Below are positions 26,863-34,488 of a stretch of 61,355 bases of DNA, one piece after another. Position 1 is the stretch's first letter. Every line of letters begins with the position of its first letter. The stretch is taken from contig CANRCE010000003.1 of the NCBI GenBank assembly GCA_947629035.1, positions 1 to 61,355 of the forward strand, in the 5' to 3' direction. The notes beneath the pieces were generated by a model. That model was not told where the DNA came from and searched no databases. It was given only the letters and a program-made list of their open reading frames with translations. The stretch is from an uncultured Bacilli bacterium. Lineage in GTDB: Bacteria > Bacillota_I > Bacilli_A > RF39 > UBA660. A program made the position numbers and the translations under genes.

Positions 26863-27447
26863 ATGACTAATAGTTCTAAAAAGATTAAATTTACAGATGA
26901 TAACAATAGTAATAAAAAAATTAGATGTTCTGTTGGTTTAACTATAGAGCCATACGGTTATAGACAAGGTCAAAGAGTTGCAGTATTAAATATTGATAAA
27001 CACAACGGCGAAATGACTTTTAAACAAATCGTATTAGAAATCTATAAAAAGAAAACAAATTGTATTACAATTACATTACCTGAAAATCAAGATTATGATT
27101 GTAATATAAAAGAACTAATAGAATATTTACAAAAGTTTGTTAACTATTGTAAGATTCATCTAATGCATTCTCTAAACAAAGACGGAAAAGCAGTTCATTA
27201 CGATAAAGTATTGAATACTTATTTCGAATATGTTGAAGGATTAGATGAAACAGATTCTATTGTATTATTTGTAAAAGAAGAAAAAGAATTAGAAAGCATT
27301 ATTATTGAAGCTGATAGAATTAGAACAGAAAATAAATTTAATGGAAAAATATTCATTTTATTTATGCAAGAGCCTAGTTCTGACGCTTACGTTACGATGC
27401 TTGATAAAAGTGTACACTATAAGACTCGCTATCAAAAAATTAATTAA
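26863..27447 (+). CDS. hypothetical protein (194 aa)
   Basis: GAAGGAGG RBS. No motif recognised. Confidence 0.55.
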   Translation: MTNSSKKIKFTDDNNSNKKIRCSVGLTIEPYGYRQGQRVAVLNIDKHNGEMTFKQIVLEIYKKKTNCITITLPENQDYDCNIKELIEYLQKFVNYCKIHLMHSLNKDGKAVHYDKVLNTYFEYVEGLDETDSIVLFVKEEKELESIIIEADRIRTENKFNGKIFILFMQEPSSDAYVTMLDKSVHYKTRYQKIN

Positions 27448-27523
27448 TTAATTTTCGAAAGTTAATTACTCTCGAAACCAGGAGTTAGAAATAACTCACG
27501 TTTAACCGAAGGAGGAAAAAGAA

Positions 27524-28261
27524 ATGACATTAAACGTAATATTAGCGATAGTTGAATTCATTTTCATATTTGGAATGATTCCTGTTGTAAGAAAGTTTTT
27601 CGGAAAGAGTGGGTTAGTAGGTATGATGGTAATGTGTATCCTACTAGCAAATGTACAAACTCTAAAAGTAATAGAATTAGGAACTAGTTGGTTATCAGTA
27701 GGATTAGGTAATGTAGCATTCGCCGCTATATTTACAATATCAGACTTAATCAATCATAAATATTCCGCTAAAGAAGCACGACAAGGTGTTACAATCGCAA
27801 CATTCTGTTATGTATTATTCTTTATCGCTATGCAATTAACTATAGCATTTGTTCCAGGACAATTAGACTGGATACAAGATGGTTTAAAAACAGTATATGG
27901 TACTGATGGATTATATATTTGGGTTAGTATAGGAGGTATTATAGCATTCTATATTGGTCAATTATTAAATACATTTATATTTGATTGGTTAGTTAAAAAG
28001 ATTAAAAGTCAAAGTAAGTTAGCATTATGGTTTAAGAGTGCAACATCTAGTATGGCAAACCTAATAGAAAATTTCATATTTGGATATTTAGGTTATGTAT
28101 TACTTCCATCAATATTTGTATCAAAAGTAATTATGCCATTTAGTTATGTAGTATCAACATCAATGATTGGAACAATACTTGAAGGAATTATTACAGTATT
28201 CTCTCCAATAGCATTGTTACTAGGTTCTATGAAATTCTTTACACCTAAAGATGAAAGATAA
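27524..28261 (+). CDS. yhhQ: YhhQ/DUF165-like queuosine-precursor (preQ0/preQ1) transporter candidate
   Basis: About 6-7 TM helices. FTISDLINHKYSAKEARQGV resembles the conserved YhhQ TD-x-I-N-E-x-YG...AR segment. Confidence 0.6.
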   Translation: MTLNVILAIVEFIFIFGMIPVVRKFFGKSGLVGMMVMCILLANVQTLKVIELGTSWLSVGLGNVAFAAIFTISDLINHKYSAKEARQGVTIATFCYVLFFIAMQLTIAFVPGQLDWIQDGLKTVYGTDGLYIWVSIGGIIAFYIGQLLNTFIFDWLVKKIKSQSKLALWFKSATSSMANLIENFIFGYLGYVLLPSIFVSKVIMPFSYVVSTSMIGTILEGIITVFSPIALLLGSMKFFTPKDER

Positions 28262-28276
28262 ATATAAATTAATTTA

Positions 28277-28305
28277 AAACCTGACGCTTCGTTAGGTTTT
28301 TTTTA
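28277..28305 (+). terminator. rho-independent terminator
   Basis: AAACCT ... AGGTTT stem followed by T8. Confidence 0.7.
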
Positions 28306-28323
28306 TTTTCTTTAAAAAAGGTA

Positions 28324-28352
28324 TTGACTTTTTATATAATATATTATATAAT
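28324..28352 (+). promoter_or_regulatory. sigma-A-type early promoter cassette
   Basis: GGTATTGACT, 17-nt spacer, TATAAT at 28347-28352. Confidence 0.7.
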
Positions 28353-28389
28353 ATATTTATAAATTAAATAAAAGAGGAGGAATTAATTT

Positions 28390-28719
28390 ATGAAATTAAA
28401 TGAAAAAATAAGAAAAGGAGAAATCAAATTAACTGAATACGAAAAGATGGCGCTTCAAGCAATAAGAGATGAAGGTAGCTTCTTTGAAGAGTCAGGTGGT
28501 AATGAAACAATAGCCAGGTCAGGTAATTGTTTCTTCGGATGGGAAATATCTGAAAGAGATGTAGACAATAAATTCAATCCTGCAGGAGTTATTAGTTCAT
28601 TAGTAAAGAAAGGTGTTTTATCAACATATGAAGATGAAGGCTTAACAGGTTATATATTAAATTATGAATTAGATTTTGCAGAAGATGATAAATATAAATT
28701 AATATTTGAGGAGGTGTAA
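28390..28719 (+). CDS. hypothetical protein (109 aa)
   Basis: GAGGAGG RBS. No motif recognised. Confidence 0.55.
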   Translation: MKLNEKIRKGEIKLTEYEKMALQAIRDEGSFFEESGGNETIARSGNCFFGWEISERDVDNKFNPAGVISSLVKKGVLSTYEDEGLTGYILNYELDFAEDDKYKLIFEEV

Positions 28720-28722
28720 TTA

Positions 28723-29121
28723 ATGATAAGATTCATAGTTGTAGAAGATAATTATTATCATACAAAGCATACATTTAGTAGCCGGAAGGAGTTGAAAGAC
28801 TACCTGAAGGTTCACGCTTCAGATGTCAGCAATATATATGAAATAACTAGAAAGACTGATAGATATTTAGATTATATGATGGATGAAGACGAAAAAAGAT
28901 ATATTGTTAGAATAAATAAAATGTATGATGATGAGTGGTATTGCTTAAATGTAGATAAACAATATCCAGTAAGAGTATTTGCTAAAAATAAAAAAGAAGC
29001 ATTTGATAAAGCAGTTAAAGTATTAGTTGAGCAATATGATTGTGATGCTGAATATCTAGAATTAGTAGAAATACAAGAATATCCTTATACAGAGTTAGAC
29101 GACTTGAAGATTGAAAATTAG
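28723..29121 (+). CDS. hypothetical protein (132 aa)
   Basis: GAGGAGG RBS. No motif recognised. Confidence 0.55.
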   Translation: MIRFIVVEDNYYHTKHTFSSRKELKDYLKVHASDVSNIYEITRKTDRYLDYMMDEDEKRYIVRINKMYDDEWYCLNVDKQYPVRVFAKNKKEAFDKAVKVLVEQYDCDAEYLELVEIQEYPYTELDDLKIEN

Positions 29122-29203
29122 ACGCTTCTTTTTAATGCTTGACTTTTAGTTCGACGCTTCGTTTAAATGCTTGAAAGTTAGACGCTTCGTTTCTATGCTT
29201 GAG
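29118..29203 (+). repeat. three tandem repeats of about 29-31 bp, consensus TAGACGCTTCGTTTNNATGCTTGA
   Basis: Copies at 29118-29143, 29149-29175 and 29177-29203. The first overlaps the stop codon of ORF 28723. Confidence 0.85.
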
Positions 29204-29268
29204 AATTTTAAATTTTAAAATATTCTTTCTTTCTTTTTAATAAATCTTTTAAATTCGACAATGCAATT

Positions 29269-29283
29269 TAGACGAGCTGACAT
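29269..29283 (+). repeat. 15-nt exact repeat TAGACGAGCTGACAT (copy 2)
   Basis: Identical to 2847-2861. Confidence 0.9.
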
Positions 29284-29397
29284 GTTTCTAGTGTGAGTAA
29301 TATAAATATACCTTCTAGAAATTAATCTTTAGCATTTTAGTTGTTTTAATAGAATTCTTTTAGTTTTATTCTTTCTTTCTAAAAGTCTTTTAGACAG

Positions 29398-29536
29398 GCA
29401 ACCAAATGAAGCCAACCAAAGTCAATGCCAACCTAAGGCGACACCAACCTGCCAACCATTTCCACCACCAGTGTCGACACCAGACAGGTCGCCACCAGGC
29501 ACGACACCAGGCGACCGCCACCAGACACGACACCAC
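29398..29536 (+). repeat. AC-rich array of short direct repeats: GCCAACC x5, then CG(A/C)CACCAG x5-6
   Basis: GCCAACC-type copies start at 29398, 29411, 29427, 29443 and 29451. CACCAG cores start at 29466, 29478, 29493, 29505, 29519 and 29531, spaced 12-15 bp. My hand count for 29401-29580 is about 36% C, 36% A, 17% G and 10% T. Confidence 0.85.
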
Positions 29537-29574
29537 TCTGAAATCGTCAAGGTCAAGGTGCAAAATCTCACCAC

Positions 29575-29598
29575 AAAAAAAGGAGGTCTACTCCTCCT
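29575..29598 (-). terminator. rho-independent terminator of the minus-strand gene
   Basis: On the minus strand: AGGAGG, 6-nt loop, CCTCCT, then a T-run. Overlaps the stop codon. Confidence 0.75.
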
Positions 29599-29818
29599 CA
29601 TCGAAATGAAATATAGAATTTAATAAGGTATAAGCAATATACCAATATAAGCAATGGGTTGCTAATCCGAACCAGGTAAAACCGGCGAAGCTAAATAAGA
29701 CGGTTTTTAAATCTTTTAATATTAATATTATAAAGAAAATTGCTAATATTAATTTTAAAATATTGTCCCATCTTACCTTTCTTAATTTTCTAATAAATTT
29801 TCTAATTCTTTTTTTCAT
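29588..29818 (-). CDS. small membrane protein (76 aa); the only convincing minus-strand gene
   Basis: Has its own early-type promoter, an RBS (GAAGGAAAAGG) and a terminator. Two hydrophobic helices. Confidence 0.65.
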   Translation of the reverse strand: MKKRIRKFIRKLRKVRWDNILKLILAIFFIILILKDLKTVLFSFAGFTWFGLATHCLYWYIAYTLLNSIFHFDEEE

Positions 29819-29856
29819 ATCCTTTTCCTTCTTTCTTTTATTTATTTTATATATAT

Positions 29857-29885
29857 ATTATATAATATTATAATAAAAATGTCAA
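29857..29885 (-). promoter_or_regulatory. sigma-A-type early promoter cassette (minus strand)
   Basis: The reverse complement reads AAAAAAGGTATTGACA, 17-nt spacer, TATAAT. Confidence 0.7.
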
Positions 29886-29984
29886 TACCTTTTTTAAAAA
29901 ATTTTTAATTTTTTTTAAATTAATTTTCATCCTATTTCCTTATTTATATATAATATTATAAAAATTGACGGTTTTTTGAGGGTC

Positions 29985-30020
29985 GGTGCAAAATTCGGCT
30001 TTGCAAAATAGGGCAAATTT
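29985..30020. repeat. short direct repeats TGCAAAAT x2 plus GCAAATT
   Basis: Copies at 29987-29994, 30002-30009 and 30013-30019. Confidence 0.6.
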
Positions 30021-30089
30021 TAGTTTTTTAAAGGTTGTTAATATAAAATGTAATGCAAACCTAAAAATGTCGCTATAGGCGTTTTACGC

Positions 30090-30180
30090 GGTAATTTTAG
30101 GTATATGGTGAAATTTAAGGTAATTTAAGGTAATTTTTAATAGAAATTTAAGGTTTAAGGGTATAATTTTTGGTAATTTA
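30090..30180. repeat. iteron-like repeats AATTTAAGGT / GGTAATTT
   Basis: Perfect tandem 10-mer at 30112-30121 and 30122-30131, a third copy at 30145-30154, and GGTAATTT four times. Confidence 0.75.
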
Positions 30181-30235
30181 TATATAATAATAATATAAAT
30201 AATTAAAGAATTTTAAATTTTCTTTAAAAAAGGTA

Positions 30236-30264
30236 TTGACTTTTGATTATATATAATATATAAT
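30236..30264 (+). promoter_or_regulatory. sigma-A-type early promoter cassette
   Basis: AAAAAGGTATTGACT, 17-nt spacer, TATAAT at 30259-30264. Confidence 0.7.
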
Positions 30265-30299
30265 ATATATATAAATTAAAAAGAAAGAGGTATAGAAAA

Positions 30300-30599
30300 A
30301 TGAATAAGGAATTAATTAAAAAATTAGAAAGTATAGTAGACTTAGACGAAATTAAAGATAGCATTATATTTTCTTTAAAAAAAGAGGAGGAAGAAAAATT
30401 AAATAAATATTTAGAAATTAAAAGTCTAAATATTCCGGAATTAAGATGTCTAAGAAATTTCTTAGTAATGGAAATTAGTAGATATATAAATCCATTAGCT
30501 GAAAAAGATTTTAATAAATGGATTAAATATAATAAATTAATAACTATTACGACGACATTAATAGACAGGGAAATATATAGCCAAGGCGGAAAAATATAA
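30300..30599 (+). CDS. hypothetical early protein (99 aa)
   Basis: Has its own promoter cassette and RBS. A GGCGGA/TCCGCC hairpin overlaps the stop. Confidence 0.55.
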   Translation: MNKELIKKLESIVDLDEIKDSIIFSLKKEEEEKLNKYLEIKSLNIPELRCLRNFLVMEISRYINPLAEKDFNKWIKYNKLITITTTLIDREIYSQGGKI

Positions 30600-30650
30600 T
30601 CCGCCTCCTATATAAAAGATTAAAAAATTAAAAAAAAATTAAAAAAGGTA

Positions 30651-30679
30651 TTGACAAATTATATTATATATTATATAAT
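30651..30679 (+). promoter_or_regulatory. sigma-A-type early promoter cassette
   Basis: AAAAAAGGTATTGACA, 17-nt spacer, TATAAT at 30674-30679. Confidence 0.75.
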
Positions 30680-30720
30680 ATATATATAAAATAAATAAAA
30701 AAGAAGGAAGGAAAGAAAAA

Positions 30721-31038
30721 ATGAAAAAGATTAAAATTAATGAACCATTAAACAAATATTTCAAAGTAGCAACTAGAAAGGATATTTATAATTATACCGG
30801 AGAGGAATTTAAAAGTATAAAAGGATTAATTAAAAAATATTCTCCTATAGTAGGATATGAGGATATTAATATAATAGGATATGCAATAGCAAAAGATAAA
30901 TATATGGAAAGACTTGCATTTGATGGATATGAATTATTAGAAATCGATGACGAAGGTAATTTATATTTCCACGGTGGAGGAAGACTTTTCAATATTTCAA
31001 AATCTGAAATTGAAAATTGCATAAATGGATGGAATTAA
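30721..31038 (+). CDS. hypothetical early protein (105 aa)
   Basis: Promoter cassette and RBS present. No motif recognised. Confidence 0.55.
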   Translation: MKKIKINEPLNKYFKVATRKDIYNYTGEEFKSIKGLIKKYSPIVGYEDINIIGYAIAKDKYMERLAFDGYELLEIDDEGNLYFHGGGRLFNISKSEIENCINGWN

Positions 31039-31071
31039 TATAAAAAAAAATAAATTAAGGAGGTAATTAGG

Positions 31072-31572
31072 ATGAAAGAAAAGCAAATAGGTTATATTAA
31101 AGCACAAATAGAAGACATTGACTATTTATTAGACAAAGCAAATAAAGGATATGAAGTCGGAGATGTCTTAAAATTAGAAAGTAAAAAAGAGCAATTAGAA
31201 AATAGGTTGCTAAAATTAAATAATAATGAAAAATTAACTAAGGAGGAGGAAGACGAAAATAATGTCTTGGAACAAATATATTATTATAGAAATAAATATA
31301 TGGAATCCGAAAAAGAAAAAAGAAAAGTCTTTAGTTGGAAGGTAATTATATTATTATTTATATGGATGACTATAGTAGCAATTATAGGCACTAATAATAG
31401 CAACAGAAAAGCAGTAATAGAAAATGAGGAAAAAGAAAATGCCATTAATTGCTATAGACAATTATTAAAGGATGACGAAATTTATAGCCAATGCGAAATA
31501 TATTTTCAAAATGACGAATGGTATAAGGATTATTTAGACGAAGTTAATAATTATAATAATCTTAATAATTAA
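31072..31572 (+). CDS. hypothetical early protein with one central TM helix (166 aa)
   Basis: AAGGAGG RBS. WKVIILLFIWMTIVAIIG is hydrophobic. Confidence 0.55.
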   Translation: MKEKQIGYIKAQIEDIDYLLDKANKGYEVGDVLKLESKKEQLENRLLKLNNNEKLTKEEEDENNVLEQIYYYRNKYMESEKEKRKVFSWKVIILLFIWMTIVAIIGTNNSNRKAVIENEEKENAINCYRQLLKDDEIYSQCEIYFQNDEWYKDYLDEVNNYNNLNN

Positions 31573-31601
31573 AAAAAATTAAAATTTTTATTAAAAAGGT
31601 A

Positions 31602-31630
31602 TTGACAAATTATATTATATATTATATAAT
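31602..31630 (+). promoter_or_regulatory. sigma-A-type early promoter cassette
   Basis: Nearly identical to the 30651 cassette across about 60 nt. Confidence 0.75.
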
Positions 31631-31670
31631 ATATATATAAAATAAATAAAAAAGAAAGAAGGAAAAAGAA

Positions 31671-31928
31671 ATGAAAAAAGAAAATGAAAAAGAATTAGGA
31701 TTAAAAATCTTAGCAAAAGAAATGGAAATCGATATCCTAAAAGAAATTAAGGAGAAAGGTTGGAGTTTAGATTATGACAATGAAAGTATAAATGAAATAT
31801 TTTCTAATTATATAGAAAATTATTATAGCAAAAGATTTGTAGACTACCAAGACTCTAATAATTTAGAATTAGGATATGACATTACTTTTGTCGATAATAA
31901 TGTAAAAGTAAATGTATGGAAATGGTAA
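31671..31928 (+). CDS. hypothetical early protein (85 aa)
   Basis: Promoter cassette and RBS present. Confidence 0.55.
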   Translation: MKKENEKELGLKILAKEMEIDILKEIKEKGWSLDYDNESINEIFSNYIENYYSKRFVDYQDSNNLELGYDITFVDNNVKVNVWKW

Positions 31929-31966
31929 AAAAATTAAAAAAAATAAAAAAAAATTAAAGAAAGGTA

Positions 31967-31995
31967 TTGACAAATTAATATATATATTATATAAT
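31967..31995 (+). promoter_or_regulatory. sigma-A-type early promoter cassette
   Basis: GGTATTGACA, 17-nt spacer, TATAAT at 31990-31995. Confidence 0.75.
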
Positions 31996-32037
31996 ATATA
32001 TATAAAATAAATAAAAAAGAAAGAAGGAAAAATTAAA

Positions 32038-32853
32038 ATGGAAAAGAAATTAACAAAGGCTCAATTAAAAGAAATTGAAGAAAGAGAAGAGGAATTAAGG
32101 GGAAAAAGAAGGGAATTAGTTATTGCTATTAATAACTTTTGGGAAGACAATTCTGCCGCAAGTCGTTATTTAAGTAATAGAGGTGAAAAATTAACGGAAG
32201 AGGAAGAAGAAAAGAACCTAAGAAGATATGAAGCATTAAATGACTATAAATTAAATTACGACAGGGAAGACCCAGAATATAGTACCTGGGGTACCTTAAG
32301 GGATATAGTTATTGTCGAAGGTAAAAAAGCAAATTATGACAAGACGGAAAGATATTGCTTAAGCATTAAAATATTAGAAGATGATTTCTATATGGAGGAT
32401 AGTAATTGGAATACTAATGAAATTAAATTAACAATTAAATTACTTAGAAAATATGGATATAAAAGAATCCTATATGGAAATGAAAGCACTTTAGGCGTAC
32501 CTAATTTAGCTTGGTTTATCCAATATGGAGCAAAGGTAGAAGGTAGTTTCTATAATGCAAATTCTCAAAGAAATGGATTAATATTAAATATAGAAGAATG
32601 CAATATAGAAGGTTCAGATGAAAAATATTTAGAGGAAGCAAAAAGAAGAATTAAGGAATATATTAAAAATGTCGACGAATTAAGAAGATTTAATTTAAGA
32701 TATGAAAAAGGTGATTTATATAATTTAGTAAGCGACTTAAATCTTAATTATATAGAAATAGAAAGTATTATAGAAAATTCATTTAAAGAAGTAAAAGACG
32801 AAAAAGATAAAGAATTAAGAGAAGCCTTAGAAAATCAAAAGGAAAATAATTAA
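32038..32853 (+). CDS. hypothetical early protein (271 aa)
   Basis: Promoter cassette and RBS present. Glu/Lys-rich termini. Confidence 0.55.
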   Translation: MEKKLTKAQLKEIEEREEELRGKRRELVIAINNFWEDNSAASRYLSNRGEKLTEEEEEKNLRRYEALNDYKLNYDREDPEYSTWGTLRDIVIVEGKKANYDKTERYCLSIKILEDDFYMEDSNWNTNEIKLTIKLLRKYGYKRILYGNESTLGVPNLAWFIQYGAKVEGSFYNANSQRNGLILNIEECNIEGSDEKYLEEAKRRIKEYIKNVDELRRFNLRYEKGDLYNLVSDLNLNYIEIESIIENSFKEVKDEKDKELREALENQKENN

Positions 32854-32884
32854 TTAATTTTAATTATTTTCTTTAATAAAGGTA

Positions 32885-32913
32885 TTGACAAATCATATTA
32901 TATATTATATAAT
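32885..32913 (+). promoter_or_regulatory. sigma-A-type early promoter cassette
   Basis: GGTATTGACA, 17-nt spacer, TATAAT at 32908-32913. Confidence 0.75.
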
Positions 32914-32948
32914 ATAATTGTAAAATAAATAAATAAGGAGGAATAAAA

Positions 32949-33188
32949 ATGCCAATAAGTAAGACGGAATTAGTAAAAGAATATTTAGCAAAAGAAGAAT
33001 ATGAAAAGGCTTTAAGGATTGGCAAGACATTTAGAAAAGGAGATAAGCAATTAATAGCTGACATCCAAAGGGGTTGGGATGCTATAAAAAATCAAGAATT
33101 TTATAAGCAATTAAAATTAGACCCAAATCAATTATATAATAAAGGAATAGAAAGTTTAAAGAAATTAATTAATAAGGAGGTATATTAG
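32949..33188 (+). CDS. hypothetical early protein (79 aa)
   Basis: AAGGAGG RBS. Confidence 0.55.
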   Translation: MPISKTELVKEYLAKEEYEKALRIGKTFRKGDKQLIADIQRGWDAIKNQEFYKQLKLDPNQLYNKGIESLKKLINKEVY

Positions 33189-33189
33189 A

Positions 33190-33924
33190 ATGGAAGAATT
33201 AATTAATTATAAAATAGAAAATTTAGCAATAACAAAATTGGAGACATATACAAAAGTCCATAATAGATTTGAATATTATAATATAGAAGAAGAAAAGGTA
33301 TTTAAAATAGAAGACGATTTATCCATTAAAAAGAAATTAGAAATAATAGATGCCATGACGGAAGGATTAGGTTCATATATATTAGAATTAATATTAAAAT
33401 ATGAAACCGCTAAAAATGAAAAAGCAATTAAAATGACACAATATGGAGGTTTTAATAAAAATTCTTTAAACAAATGGATAAAAGAAAATGACCCTAGAAA
33501 AATATGCTATATTAGTTATGACTCTTCTTTTCCAAGATATAAATTCGAAGGTAATTTATATAAATTAGAAAGTATAACTCCAAGGACGGATTATAGTTAT
33601 AAAAGATTATATGACGGTAAAGATATAATCCACCAATTATTTCACGATTTATTAATAAATAGATATAAAGACGAAATTGAATATTATAGGAATAATGACC
33701 CAATCCAAATAAAAATGAATAAGGTAAGAGATTTAGCAAATAAATATAATATATATCCAGAAAATAATGAAAAATTATCAAACCTAATTTTCAATAATAA
33801 AAGGGAAGGCATAAGCGCGGAAGAAATAAATGCTTATCTAAATATATTAAATGATTTAGAAAAACAAATAGAATATACATATCATAAATTAGAAATAGCA
33901 GGAAATTATTATAAAGAAAAATAA
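33190..33924 (+). CDS. hypothetical early protein (244 aa)
   Basis: AAGGAGG RBS. Translationally coupled to the upstream gene. Confidence 0.55.
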   Translation: MEELINYKIENLAITKLETYTKVHNRFEYYNIEEEKVFKIEDDLSIKKKLEIIDAMTEGLGSYILELILKYETAKNEKAIKMTQYGGFNKNSLNKWIKENDPRKICYISYDSSFPRYKFEGNLYKLESITPRTDYSYKRLYDGKDIIHQLFHDLLINRYKDEIEYYRNNDPIQIKMNKVRDLANKYNIYPENNEKLSNLIFNNKREGISAEEINAYLNILNDLEKQIEYTYHKLEIAGNYYKEK

Positions 33925-34274
33925 AAATAAATAAAAAAGAAAATTAAAAATAATAAATATATATTATAATAAAATTAAAATTAAATAAAAATAAAAATAG
34001 AAATTAAGAAAAATGAGGGTATAAAAAATAAGGTATAAGTGCCTTGAAAAAGAGAAATAATAAGTAAAAGAATTTCAAACCAGGTCGACGGAGGTCCGGG
34101 GAGATAGATAAAAATATAGGTAAAGAAAAATAAAGAAAAATGTTATTAGTAGAAATATTAATAGCATTTTTATTATTGTTAAATAAATATAAAGTATAAG
34201 CAAAATAGTATTAGTCCTATATAATGTAATAAAGCAAATTAAGCAGTAATAAGCATTAAGCATAATATATAAAT

Positions 34275-34383
34275 GACATTATATAAAGGTGACTGAAAAA
34301 GATTATATATGAATTGACATTATTTTTTATATAAAGATTTCTTATATATAAAGGCGACATTATTTTTTATATATAAAGGTGAT
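34275..34383. repeat. three direct repeats at about 40-bp period (GACATTATTTTTTATATATAAAGGYGA)
   Basis: GACATTAT starts at 34275, 34316 and 34356. Confidence 0.75.
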
Positions 34384-34423
34384 ATAGAGTAAAGTAGCAA
34401 GAAAGAAATATTTAAAATAATTT

Positions 34424-34488
34424 CTCCATACCAATCCGTCTACCTCCAATACATCCTCAATAAATCTCCAACCAATCTCCAGCCAAAT
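34424..34488 (+). other. C-rich, G-poor tract with repeated (T/C)CTCCA
   Basis: TCTCCA or CCTCCA at 34423, 34443, 34465 and 34476. I counted only about 2-3 G in 65 nt. Confidence 0.7.

Noticed and set aside
29398-29536. G-quadruplex on the G/T-rich minus strand of the AC-rich array
   Set aside because: Only GG doublets are present, with no GGG runs. At best this would give weak two-tetrad structures, so I do not propose it as the main explanation.
29406-29609. Tracked 67-aa ORF rich in RHQ repeats inside the AC-rich array
   Set aside because: It has no RBS. The start codon context is GACAGGCAACCAAATG. The peptide repeats simply mirror the DNA 9-mer repeats. The ORF also runs into the convergent gene and its terminator.
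29925-29975. Second copy of the minus-strand promoter cassette, with a 20-codon mini-ORF
   Set aside because: The -35 hexamer is disrupted: it reads CGTCAA instead of TTGACA on the minus strand. The mini-ORF overlaps the functional promoter. This is probably a decayed duplicate.
34075-34263. Minus-strand 62-aa hydrophobic ORF
   Set aside because: It is a low-complexity Leu/Ile/Phe/Tyr product of pure AT-rich DNA. There is no RBS, and it lies in the non-coding island.
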